Assembly: GCA_949358305.1 (NCBI GenBank)
Contig: OX442314.1
Coordinates: forward strand, 1,240,001 to 1,304,000
From: Strigamia acuminata
Taxonomy: Eukaryota
Length of the DNA: 64,000 nt
Reading direction: 5' to 3'
Below, piece by piece: positions 53,520-64,000 of this stretch. Position 1 is the stretch's first letter. Each line of letters starts with the position of its first letter. Below the pieces are notes generated by a model. The model was not told the origin of the DNA and ran no database searches. It was given only the letters and a program-made list of their open reading frames with translations. A program made the position numbers and the translations under genes.

Positions 53520-53730
53520 GAAAACAGTTCGTTACCTTATTGTGAGGATTACAAAACGGCTAAGAGAACTACCAAACAATATTTGGAGATATCAATTCCA
53601 GACAGATGCGCACAAAGACTGCTCATGTGTACCACGCTGTGAAGAAACAATATTTATACCTTCAGTAATTAAACAAAGGGAGGTCGACTCAACCATTAAA
53701 TTTTCAATTGAAAGCAACATCCAAGAAGCC
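53520..53730 (+). pseudogene. Frameshifted, 3'-truncated copy of the terminal ENaC exon
   Basis: NSSLPYCED... then QFQTDAHKDCSCVPRCEETIFIPS...FSIESNIQE; lacks TM2. Confidence 0.75.
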
Positions 53731-54579
53731 GCAATTGCACTGAGAATTCGTCTCCTTGTTGGGGTGTCATCGTTCGTCGTGGACTGCACCGTCACTTCGG
53801 GTCGAGCTCTTCACATGGCGGTTTCTTAGTCGGGGTAAATGCCCTCTTCTGGAACGTTTTGTGAACTGTTTCCCCTGGAATACGGATTGATTGTTTGTTA
53901 ATGTTATTCAAGTTTATCGTGTTTGTGTTGACCTGTTTTTACGTAGAATTTGAGTTTCATGGTTGCCATGTTGCCCAGCCATTTTCCAGTCCACTTGCGG
54001 TCACAACTTGAGGAGGTCGTCACTTCGCTAAACACTGCTAAACATAGACTGGAAAAGGAAGACGCACAGAATATTTCATGTAAGACAATTAACCGTTTAT
54101 TTTAATAATTTCGTGTTTACTGACCTTTGTTTTTTGTGCTTTCATGTCCCTCGTTGTGCTTGGTTAGCTGGTTGTCCGGTCCGATGCGTCTTTTGATGGG
54201 TCAACGTGATCGCAGACGCCTCCGATTTAATTCGCCAACTAGATCGAGCCATTTCGTTAATATTTGCTTATTGCTTATCGCAGGCTAACTTGTTACGATG
54301 GCTAATCACCTTCTGTTTGTCCATGTTACTCTTGATACCGCCCTTTACTTTCATCCCGATCGTTAATTGTTTATAGGGCGCCATCTTTGTTTGAGTGTGA
54401 TTTTTGGCGCTCTCGGTGTTGACAGTGTTATGAATAATATACGGGTTCTCGGTAAATGCTTATCATTTTTTAATGTGTTATTATTTTAGTATTGTATTAA
54501 TTCCTACGGTTCACGTACTTCAATTGCCGTTTTAGCTCGGAGGTGATTCCGAGTTCGCAGCGATAGAGAATCCACTTGT

Positions 54580-54850
54580 ACGGACATTTGACGTCATATC
54601 TTATCCCGTTGCTTATGGAAGAATCACAAGGTGCGGCCAATCACACCCGAGTAATCCCACTGTAGCTTTGAATTTGAGGTTGCCATCTAGAAACTTCGAA
54701 CTACGGGGAGATGAGGAGTGTGGTTATTTATGCATTTATATAAAAAATAAATTGAGGTGAAAAATGCACTATACGCAGTGAATGGACATTTTTCAGAAAA
54801 ATAATTCAATTTTAGAAAATATACATTTTTGGACCAGAAAATTGAATTGC
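54580..54850. repeat. Diverged duplicate of the RNF8-like upstream region (56900-57190), including a TGACGTCA (CRE) site
   Basis: TGACGTCATATCTTATCCCGT.GCTTATGGAAGAATCACAAG...GTTGCCATCT.GAAA.TTCGAACT is present at both loci. Confidence 0.8.
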
Positions 54851-55440
54851 GGTATGATGTCATGAGATCAAATTGCGATTTGTTTGAAATTACAAGTGGC
54901 GGATGAAGCATCGAGCATTTATTCATCAAACCTCACGTGTATATTACAAAACGCATTTTTCCTAGTAAAATGTCCTTTCTCACCTCAATAATGCATTTTC
55001 CATGCATTTTTTCTGCAAAAATAAAAGTTTTTCACATTAAACTGTACTTTTTCAAGCAGAAATGCAGATATTTCTAGAAAATTTTTCCAAACTTGCTAAA
55101 AATTTGTCAAATTTTTTGCAATTTATCACAATTTCTCGCAGATTTTTTTTTCTCAGCTTTTTTCATCATTTTTCAAAAGGTTTTTCTCAAAATTGTTTAA
55201 GAGGTTTGAAGTTATGTTAGACCGAAGAAGTGTGTGCGTCTAGAGACTTTTAGGAATTGATTTTTTACTGGCAACACTATGGGGTTGATACTACACGTTT
55301 TATGGGTCGATCCAACCTAAGGGGTCGGATTGACAATAATCTCAATAATGATCGAAATGCGCAATGTTTGACATTCTAACAAGACTTTTCTCAAAAATAG
55401 TTTAAATGGTTTTTCTCAAAAATTGTTCAAAAGGTTTTTC

Positions 55441-56854
55441 TCAAAATAACCCAATAGATAATCTTAGATGATCAAATTCGTGCACAAACTGATGAGATCC
55501 AGGACATTGTTGCACAGTTTGCTGATGTTGGTTGCTCAATCTAGCCTCAAGTAATCGCCGACGACGAGTTTTCAATTCGCTGGACCACGTGTCCACCATG
55601 CAATCGATTATCGAGTCTAAAAATCGCGATGGAGTTCCACTCGTGATCTCCGTTCGGCAAACCGGACATTGGCTCTTTTCCCTTTTCCATTCGATGATGC
55701 AGTGCCAGCAGAACGAATGCGAACAATTCAACACGACAGCCTGAAACGTTCGAGTAAATATTAAAATTAAATATTAAAAATCAAAAGCCCAAACGAAAAT
55801 TACCTTGATTATGATCTCCGAACAAATGCAGCACGCCAGTTCGCTTACGAGCACCGAGCTGAGTTTCGACACAATTTCGCTTTGACTTTTGTGTTTCTCG
55901 GCCATCGTTTCCAATTCCTTGCTCACAATCGCCAGATGTCGCTCCTTCACTTCGAGCGTCCGTTCCAACTGACTCTTAGCGCCCTCTTCCGCCAACTCTA
56001 ATTGCAGTCTATTAGCGTCCACCTGACTCTTCATGTTGTCAACTAATCTTTCAAACTGTATTTTTCCTCCATTTCTCCTTACATTTTTAGATTGACGTTC
56101 CCGCAGAGTCCGAACTTTCTCCTTCTCATTCGCCTAAAAATTAATCAAAATTTATTTTAATTAATTATTTAAAAAAAATAAAAAAAATTTTTTTTTTTGC
56201 CATTTTCATTTCAAATTCCTCTTCCTTCTTATTCAGCCGTCGTTTCAACGTTTCCTCTTTTTTCTTCTGTTGGCTTAATTCACTCTGCACGCGCTTTAAC
56301 TCTTTTTCCAATCTCTCGTTTTCCTTCTTCATTTTATCGCCGCCAGGTGGACCTACATCTCTCTCTGCGCTCAAGTTACTTTTAAAAATGAAGAACAATT
56401 CCCGGCTCGCTGTTTTCTCGCCTAAACAAACCGTGTCGCCGTGTTTGAGTCTCGTGGCTTTGCGCGCTTCTAATTTCACCTCATTAACATAAACTCCATT
56501 CTTCGTCTGTCAATTATTTAAAAAAATGAATATAATAAAAATCACGGTTTTAGCGATTGTTACATACGTTATCATCTGCCACGTGCCACACATCCTTGCG
56601 TCTGGTGAAAATAGCGTGGATCGACGATATGGTTGGATTTTTGATGACGAAATCGGCGGAATCATCGCGACCAATGGTAAACTGGAGATTCAAAAACAAT
56701 TTCATTTAATTGGATTAAAAATTGTACATTCGCTCAATTTCTTTACCTCATTCTTGTTTAGAACGATTATTCTGTCCACTGTGTGTTTGCGGACACGTGA
56801 TTGTATCAATTTGTATGAAATTAAACACGGTACGTTTTCAAGTTCTGCATTCAT
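55441..56854 (-). CDS. RNF8: RNF8-like E3 ubiquitin ligase (FHA - coiled coil - C3HC4 RING), 5 exons
   Basis: Exons approx. 56854-56747, 56681-56568 (FTIGRDD..ISSIHA), 56506-~56201 (KNGVYVN..HGDTVCLG, coiled coil), 56133-55804 (ELACCICSEIIIK), 55741-55441 (AVVLNCSHSFCWHCIIEW..CPVCR..LDSII). The RING context closely resembles RNF8; orthology versus paralogy is not established. Confidence 0.78.
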
Positions 56855-58115
56855 TTTATCGGCAACTTGGCTAATCGCGTTGAGATTGAAAACACTTATC
56901 CGGACTTATGACGTCATATCTTATCCCGTGGCTTATGGAAGAATCACAAGATACAGCTAATCACAACCGAGTAATCTCGCATGACTACGGAAGCCTTCAG
57001 TTTGAGGTTGCCATCTGGAAATTTCGAACTGCGAGGGGATGGGTGTGGTTATACAAGCATTTTTGTGAGAAATAAATTCAGACGAAAAATGCACTATTGT
57101 GCACAGAATGGATTTTTTCAGACAAAATAGACGCATTTTCGAACAAAATATAATTCAATTCATATGCATTTTTGCGCCAGAAAATACATTTTTGGGCCAT
57201 GTTGTGGTGACCCCGCGGGTGGTCGTCCCTCCAGTGGACGCCATCCGCATGAGTCACTAGGAAAGGTCAGTTCCCTCGCGTTGGCTCCGCCTTCCCTCCC
57301 TGGGAAGCGCGTGCCCCGAGGGGGTGAGGTGGCGCGTGGCCGGCCCCCATTGGCCGAGCCAGGCCCCTCACCCTGGCCTATATCAGGTAGAGTTTCGCGC
57401 CCTACAAGCAGAACTTACACAAACGACACCAAGAACACAGCAACTACCTCACCGTCAGGCCAACTCCACCAAAAGTTAGGATTGATAGAGGACCGCTGAT
57501 TCCAGTGCAACTGTAACTCTCACGAATTTACACTGTGCGTTTATTTCCCGCGAAAGCAGGAAAATAACCCTTGTGAATTCACACCGAATAACCGACCCAC
57601 GGTTATTCCATCACTAAAGTGTCCGAGTGCCCTGTAAGAAACTCCTCGTTTCTGGACGGAGCCTTGCGACGCTAAAACCAACCCCTAGACAACAGGCACG
57701 GATAGAAGACTCGAAAGAGCATTCCACCGCGTCCGTGAACGACGAATCCGTGACGAATTAACGACAACTCGAGACGCCGCCTTTGTTCCGCCGACCACGC
57801 GGAACCGACGACGCCATCTTGGGAAATCCTTTATTCGACTCTGACCAAGTCGACTCTAGTTTTATACTGAGTGTATTTTAAGGCTTACGCCTATTGAATA
57901 AACCTGTTTGTTCATTTACATATACTTAGTATTCATTTGGGTAATTTACATATTTAGTAGAATCACAGGTAAAGTAATACACGTTAGCTCATTAAACCTA
58001 TCACCAGGTAGGACGCGACACGTGGGGGCCTGTCCGGGATTTAGAAATAAATCTCAACTGAACTTGTGATCTCTCATTTAATATAATAACCCAAATCGAA
58101 GAATTACTCAAAGAA

Positions 58116-61100
58116 ATGTCAGACCAAGATGAACAATCCGCGTCTGATAACGAGCGACCTACGCTCGAAAAGGGAAAACGGACCTCCGACTATAACTTAA
58201 GGTCGGGCGGCCCGGTTCCCGAACAATCCGCGAAGGCGAAAGCCCGAGCGAATCGGAGGAAAGCAAAGGCGCAAAAAGAGGAAGCAGCTGCCACGCTCGA
58301 GGCCCTAACCGAGCCCGAGCGAGAGCCGCTCTCCTCAGATATGCCCTTTGTCGAAGATACCGATACGGAAGTCCTAGAAAATCAAGAAGAAATTCGCGAT
58401 ACAACAACAGGACGAGTGCCGATACTGGTAGCCGAGGAGAAGACGAAAACTCCGAGGCGGACAACCACAATCGACCGCAACCCATCACCGGAAAAAAGTC
58501 ACCAATCCGCCCCCCTAAACGAAACTCCGGTACGAAGCACGAGCGGGACCCCGATGGCCTCCAGCGCCTCGGCGAGACCTGCCCCTGTGTCCCCCGAAGT
58601 AGCCCATTTAATTCACCTATCGCAACAAGCAGCCCGACTGAAGGCGGTAACCGATATTCCGCCGGGAACGTCGGTCTGGGACTCTATTACCATACTCACA
58701 AAGGCGATTTGCGCAGCACAGGCCCCGACGCCAGTCGCAAGACCAGCGGCGGAGACGCCTGTATCGCAAGAAACGCCGAGTGACGTAGGTAACTTCGTGC
58801 CCGATCCTCACAAAGCCCTTCACGAATCTCGGGAGAAAGCCCGAGAAGAATCGAGGCAGGAAACGATAAATCGTCAGCGTAGAGCGAGCACTGAGAGGAG
58901 AGAACTCTGGAAAGAGGAAGAGGAACGACTGCAGCGAGAAAAAAGGGCCACGGAGAGAACGGAAGAAATGGTGCAGGAGATAAGGGAAGAGCAGGAAGCC
59001 AAAATACGAAGAGAATGGAATAATACCGTAGAAGGGAGGCACAGGGAAGCCCAAGACTACGAAGACCAATTCCGAGCCCTCCTAGCCCAGCGAAAAGCCG
59101 AGAAATTGCAGAAACTGAGAGAAGAAGCTCAGCGGCAACACCAGAAGTGGGAAGAACAATACCACGAAAGGATGAAAGCCGCGAGAGCAAGGAGAGAAAA
59201 GGAGCAACTTCTAGAAGAACAAGAAGAATGGGGGCGGTACAGACGGACCGACGAGTACCAAGCTAAGAAAAAAGAGATAATTGACGAGCAAAAACGATGG
59301 GAAGCCGAAAATTGGGAAAAGGAAACAGAGAAATTCCAAAGAGAGTACGAGCCGGACGTTTCGGAGAGGAATAAAAAGGAGGATCCGAAAACGGACAAAG
59401 AGCCCACCAGTGGTTCCCACGCCGAAACAAAAAAGAGGAAGTCACAGGAAGACGACCAACCGGACGGAAAATCCAGAAACCGTAACCCCTCGAAACGATC
59501 CGAAAGAAGCGCCGCAATCGACGCGTTACTTAACAAAAAGAACGCGAATAAGGACAGCGAGCGCCCAGAAAGCGAAGAGAATAAATGGTATTCTTTTTAC
59601 GGGAGCAGCGACGAAAAGGAGCCGCCGCCCTCCGGAGGCTCGAAGAAATCACGGGATGGCGAAGAAGTCCCCCCGAAGGGACCAAGAGACCACCCACGAG
59701 GCGACCCTTCCGACCCCTCTGATTCATCGGACGACGACGACCGACGTCGACCGTCATCCGGATCGCACCGAGAGAGCCGCGGCAGCAACCAGCGCCATTC
59801 GGACCGACCGAATGCCTCCAACCGATCTTCACACAGCTCTCGCCCTTCCATACAGGAGGGGAACTTCCAGGACTCTGCCGGCCGACAATATACAATGGCT
59901 GAACTGGGACGTGCCTTATTGAACTCTTTCCGTAAGGAAGGAATCGACTTGGGCCACCCCGGCGATGAACATAACCGCGCCGGTGAAAGGGTCAAACGCA
60001 AATATGGCGTACGTAACGAACCCGCTGCCGAAGCCACGGGTAATATCCGATGGCAACACTACGTGCAGACGCGATTCGACGGTTCGTGGAAAGCGGGAGA
60101 CCGCTTCCTCGACGAAGTGATGAGAATTAAGAAAGCTACGAAGGCGACCGTCGCCGATATGCTCACACACGGTCTAGTGGAACTAACCACTGGATCAGCC
60201 CGCGAGTGGTACCAAGGACTGAAAAATCCGACCTGGGACGACTTTCTCGTCCGTTTCGACCTTCGATACGGCGAGACACCAGACGAGATCAGCAACAAAT
60301 TGCGTGGCCTCCGTCAAGCCCCAGGTGAAACACTCGCCGACTACGACGCCCGAGCGAAATTACTCTTCGCCCGAGCACCGTACGAAATTAACCCTGCCGG
60401 GTTTACGATGATTTTCTATGGGGGATTGTCAGCACATTCACAACGAATACTGCTGGACATGCGTGCTCCCCGCACTGGCAACTATCGGGATGTCAGTAAT
60501 TATCTCCTAACCAATACGCTGGAGATAGAACAAAGGTATTACGCCTCACTGCCACCCGAAGAAGCGGAAGCCCACGAAAAGCGACTGATAACCAGCGCCG
60601 AACGCCATAAAGCTTCCGAGAAACTAATGAGACCGAGCGAATACCTCAGCGGCATAATGAGCCTCACTGAGGCGTCTTCGGGACGGACGTTGACCCCAAA
60701 AACCGGTGTAACGCTCCCAAGCAACCCGATTGCTGCCCCAAAGAAAGCTCCGACGACTACGGCGATGCAGGTGACCTCAACTGACTTAGCCACCTCGGCA
60801 AAAGCAGAAGAAACGTCACCTCCCGCGGCGGTCGCCGAGCCAGCAGAGGAATCAAGCGATGAAGAAGACCTGCACGAGCACCTCGAGAACTTATCGACGG
60901 GGTGCGACGAACAAGGCCCGTACCTTCATCACGCGCACCGAGCGTTAGCCATCACCCAATTCAGAGCTCACGCCCGCGCAGCCAAGGAAAAAGGGGCGCC
61001 GGGCCCCAAAAGACGGTTCCCAACAGCATTCGTCCCGAAAAAACCGGGTTTCACACCCACGGGCGACAAAAGCAATATTAAATGCTACAGCTGTGGGGAA

Positions 61101-61235
61101 TACGGCCATTATTCCGACAAATGCGAAAAAAAGGCCAAAATCACTAGCGAGACACAGACCATGATGAAGATGATGGCAGAGTTAAATGTCGCCCTGGCAA
61201 AAAACTGCCAAGCGCAGGCGTCGTCGAAGAAATAG
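58116..61235 (+). CDS. Gypsy Gag, 1039 aa, long charged/low-complexity N-terminus, capsid-like region and CCHC knuckle
   Basis: LTTGSAREWY...LRQAPGETLADY (retrotransposon gag-like); CYSCGEYGHYSDKC knuckle. Confidence 0.88.
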   Translation: MSDQDEQSASDNERPTLEKGKRTSDYNLRSGGPVPEQSAKAKARANRRKAKAQKEEAAATLEALTEPEREPLSSDMPFVEDTDTEVLENQEEIRDTTTGRVPILVAEEKTKTPRRTTTIDRNPSPEKSHQSAPLNETPVRSTSGTPMASSASARPAPVSPEVAHLIHLSQQAARLKAVTDIPPGTSVWDSITILTKAICAAQAPTPVARPAAETPVSQETPSDVGNFVPDPHKALHESREKAREESRQETINRQRRASTERRELWKEEEERLQREKRATERTEEMVQEIREEQEAKIRREWNNTVEGRHREAQDYEDQFRALLAQRKAEKLQKLREEAQRQHQKWEEQYHERMKAARARREKEQLLEEQEEWGRYRRTDEYQAKKKEIIDEQKRWEAENWEKETEKFQREYEPDVSERNKKEDPKTDKEPTSGSHAETKKRKSQEDDQPDGKSRNRNPSKRSERSAAIDALLNKKNANKDSERPESEENKWYSFYGSSDEKEPPPSGGSKKSRDGEEVPPKGPRDHPRGDPSDPSDSSDDDDRRRPSSGSHRESRGSNQRHSDRPNASNRSSHSSRPSIQEGNFQDSAGRQYTMAELGRALLNSFRKEGIDLGHPGDEHNRAGERVKRKYGVRNEPAAEATGNIRWQHYVQTRFDGSWKAGDRFLDEVMRIKKATKATVADMLTHGLVELTTGSAREWYQGLKNPTWDDFLVRFDLRYGETPDEISNKLRGLRQAPGETLADYDARAKLLFARAPYEINPAGFTMIFYGGLSAHSQRILLDMRAPRTGNYRDVSNYLLTNTLEIEQRYYASLPPEEAEAHEKRLITSAERHKASEKLMRPSEYLSGIMSLTEASSGRTLTPKTGVTLPSNPIAAPKKAPTTTAMQVTSTDLATSAKAEETSPPAAVAEPAEESSDEEDLHEHLENLSTGCDEQGPYLHHAHRALAITQFRAHARAAKEKGAPGPKRRFPTAFVPKKPGFTPTGDKSNIKCYSCGEYGHYSDKCEKKAKITSETQTMMKMMAELNVALAKNCQAQASSKK

Positions 61236-61251
61236 AATCGACTTCGTCTGC
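61199..61251 (+). promoter_or_regulatory. -1 programmed ribosomal frameshift signal (A AAA AAC plus stem-loop)
   Basis: Heptamer at 61199-61205 is in phase with gag; ~7 nt later CGCAGGCG..GTCGA / TCGAC..CGTCTGCG can pair; the -1 frame is open from here into pol. Confidence 0.8.
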
Positions 61252-61366
61252 GAAAGCCGAGGAAATAACAAGGAAAAAGAAATTCCATACCGGACCTGCC
61301 GGTCATGCCATACTTGATGCGCAGGTCAAAGACCGAGCCCAATCCGCACCAGAAAAGGAAGAAAAA

Positions 61367-63352
61367 GTGATACTGAGGGGCATGCAAGTGAGAACTGAGG
61401 CCAAGACAGACGATAGTTGGGCCGAACTCCCGTTTGACTTGGACATCGTACCGCAGAAATTGCGAGTATTCCACTGCAACGTCTCAAAGTCACATTGTGA
61501 GACACTCTGTATGTTACCAGTGACCATTGAAAACCAAAAGTTACTGGGACTACTGGATTCCGGAGCGGATCGTTCTTTCATATCCGAAGATCTAGTCGAG
61601 AGCCTAGACATCGAAGACAAAATGATGAAAGTAAATGAGAATGTGGAATTGCTCACGGCTAATGGCTATGTAAAGCCAAGGGGCGTAATAAAAATTACCA
61701 TCGATTGGAGGGGAGGGAACCTATCCCACCCCTTCTTGGTGCTGCCATCCCACGACAAGGTGTTCCTCCTCGGAATCGACATCATGGCTAAACTAAAAAT
61801 ACAGCCAAATCCGATAACGAGATCGTGGAATTGGATAAGCCCCGAAGGTGAAAGGCCCATTCCAGTAGTACCCCAAAAATTACTGGACGAGGCCCAAGAG
61901 AAGGAGGAATACGAGAGAGGACTGCGAAAATTCGTACAGGACTACGATTTCGTAGCCTTCGCTCTGGAATTGCAAAGAAGCAACATGGTGGACACGTTGG
62001 TCGAGGAAGCCGCTCTGCAAGTCAACGAGGCATCATTGCTGAGACGAATACTTCGTAAGCACGAGCGGATCCTCACCAAAACACCCGGAAGGACGACCGA
62101 GGCCGTACACGAGATCGAACTGACGACGGACAAACCGATTCGCGTGCCATACAAGGGGATGAATCCCCAAAAACGGGACATAGTGACCCAGATGTGTCAA
62201 GACATGCTCGACAAAGGCATCGTCACAGAAGCATTGGGCGAATACGCGATGAGGATCGTCCTAGTAATGCGACCCGGCTCCGAGCCTCGCTTGTGTATCG
62301 ACTACCGCCCGCTCAATGCAATAACGGTGATAGATCCGATACAGATGCCCTCCATCGAAGCGATTCTCCGAGAGCTGGCTCCATTTAATTGGGTAACCAC
62401 CATGGACCTGTCAAAAGGGTACTGGCAGGTCGAACTCCGACCAGAAGATAAGCTAAAGACAGCGTTTTACTCGCCTATAGGGCGATTAATGTTCAACGTA
62501 ATGCCATTCGGACTAGTGAACGCACCAAGCACATTTCAAAAGTTAATCGAAAGCGTCCTCGGAGACATGTTACATGATTTCGTATGGGCTTATCTCGACG
62601 ATATCATTATTGCGTCAGACACTTTTGAGGAACACATAGAGCACATAGACCGAGTGGTCTCCCGTTTAGCCAAAGCTGGACTCCATGTCCACCCCGGAAA
62701 GAGCAAGTTCTGTAGAAAAGAACTTGCCTTCCTAGGCTATCGAATCGGAGTTGAGGGGATCGCCATTGATCCCGAAAAAGTACGAGCGATAAATGGATTC
62801 CCGGCACCCGAAGATATAAAGGGAGTCCAGAGATTCATGGGAATGATTAATTTTTTCGGCAGGCTGCTCCCCAATTTGGCAGAAGTAGCCGCGCCCGTGA
62901 CGGACCTCCTGCGAACCGACCGCGAGTTCGCTTGGACGGCCGAATGCGAGGCCGCCTTCAACGCCATAAAACAAATGCTGGCCGACGTCGACAAAATGCC
63001 GCTACCCGATCTAAACCGACCGTTCGTACTGCATACCGACGCCAGCCGAGTCGGCTTGGGAGCAGCCCTCTTGCAAAAACACACGTACAACGGAGTGGAG
63101 CAAGAAGTACCCTGTATGTTCATAAGCCGAAAAATACAGGGGGCCGAGAAAAACTACACGGCTACAGAACTGGAGTGCTTAGCCGTAATATGGGCTGTTC
63201 GGAAATTTCGTGACTACCTAGAGTATACGAATTTCGAAGTGCAGACCGATCATCAAGCATTAAGCTGGTTGATGAAGTTAAAAGAACCATCCGGCAGGCT
63301 CGCCAGATGGCAACTCGAACTCATGGCGTGCGACATAACAATAACATTGTGA
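61367..63352 (+). CDS. Gypsy Pol: protease (LLDSGA), RT (YLDD), RNase H (TDAS..TDH); no integrase; true start is the frameshift at ~61205
   Basis: Motifs RLCIDYR, DLSKGYWQ, MPFGLVNAP, YLDDII, NYTATELECLAV, GRLARW. Confidence 0.92.
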   Translation: MILRGMQVRTEAKTDDSWAELPFDLDIVPQKLRVFHCNVSKSHCETLCMLPVTIENQKLLGLLDSGADRSFISEDLVESLDIEDKMMKVNENVELLTANGYVKPRGVIKITIDWRGGNLSHPFLVLPSHDKVFLLGIDIMAKLKIQPNPITRSWNWISPEGERPIPVVPQKLLDEAQEKEEYERGLRKFVQDYDFVAFALELQRSNMVDTLVEEAALQVNEASLLRRILRKHERILTKTPGRTTEAVHEIELTTDKPIRVPYKGMNPQKRDIVTQMCQDMLDKGIVTEALGEYAMRIVLVMRPGSEPRLCIDYRPLNAITVIDPIQMPSIEAILRELAPFNWVTTMDLSKGYWQVELRPEDKLKTAFYSPIGRLMFNVMPFGLVNAPSTFQKLIESVLGDMLHDFVWAYLDDIIIASDTFEEHIEHIDRVVSRLAKAGLHVHPGKSKFCRKELAFLGYRIGVEGIAIDPEKVRAINGFPAPEDIKGVQRFMGMINFFGRLLPNLAEVAAPVTDLLRTDREFAWTAECEAAFNAIKQMLADVDKMPLPDLNRPFVLHTDASRVGLGAALLQKHTYNGVEQEVPCMFISRKIQGAEKNYTATELECLAVIWAVRKFRDYLEYTNFEVQTDHQALSWLMKLKEPSGRLARWQLELMACDITITL

Positions 63353-64000
63353 CGGTTTACAATGGCTATAAATGCCTATTTTCTTAGAAAGAAGCGCTGT
63401 TGCGCCATTATCATGATATCTCGAAGATATTCTGTGTAAAACTGATAAATGTCTGGAATAAAGTTATTTATGATGTTTCAAATACAAAGATGTTCGTTTA
63501 TTAAGAATAAACACTCATTCCTACTTGATATCAAAGGATTCCGGCCGAATCACGAAGAGTCGTCTGCTAAAACCGCATTTGTCAATGCGCAATGTTGCCA
63601 CAAGATGGCGCGATTACGATTTAGCGGCAAATTCAAGATATGAATATAAAACATGTAAATAAATATAAAACTATATTTACTAGAATGAAACGAAGCTTTG
63701 TGAACATTAATATAAAGATATATTAATGTCTTGTGATGTTAAATACAATGTAACTTCCATTTTCTGCGGGACAGGACATTTGGTGATCAATCGATCAACC
63801 AATAGATCTGATTGGTGGATCCATTTCCGGTCCTGGGTATCCAGTTCCGGTTGTGGTGAGAATTAGCACATTGTTCCTCCGTATCCACTTCCGGTGATAC
63901 GGGATTGGAGGGATTCGTGGAACCCATGTTCCAATTGGATAACTGGATTAATCCTTAATCCAGTCAGGTTATATAAACCCAAACAACCGGCCATTCTGCA

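Larger units (their letters stand above)
57200..63347 (+). mobile_element. Gypsy/Ty3 LTR retrotransposon, 5' LTR through RNase H; interrupted before integrase
   Basis: 5' LTR ~57200-58020 (TGT..ACA, TATA at ~57379, AATAAA at ~57897); tRNA-Pro-like PBS TGGGGGCCTGTCCGGGAT at ~58023-58040; gag and pol ORFs. Confidence 0.9.

Noticed and set aside
58159..60793. Antisense ORFs within Gypsy gag (and likewise within the BEL ORFs)
   Set aside because: Expected shadows of long GC-richer coding sequence; no independent features.

Overview
AT-rich, repeat-dense eukaryotic (invertebrate animal-like) DNA with short GT-AG introns; it is not prokaryotic and has no CRISPR array. Host genes: (i) two paralogous minus-strand DEG/ENaC (ASIC/pickpocket-family) channel genes, each encoding TWO channel subunits fused head-to-tail in one polypeptide. 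Gene A (2833-6619) appears intact; gene B (27234-40608) carries a MITE in its last exon and a probable frameshift. Several orphan copies of the terminal ENaC exon are scattered through the window. (ii) an 11-finger C2H2 zinc-finger gene; (iii) an RNF8-like FHA/coiled-coil/RING E3 ligase. Mobile DNA: a 4.7-kb Tc1-like DD37E transposon with an intact three-intron transposase carrying a captured, intron-containing Sec23 fragment; a young full-length BEL/Pao element; a Gypsy element with a -1 frameshift signal, interrupted after RNase H; four members of one solo-LTR family; and many hAT, piggyBac and TA-targeting MITEs. A ~4.9-kb palindrome built around arrays of a 56-bp hairpin repeat runs into a ~1.69-kb tandem triplication. 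All calls were made by eye and by hand translation; no searches were run.
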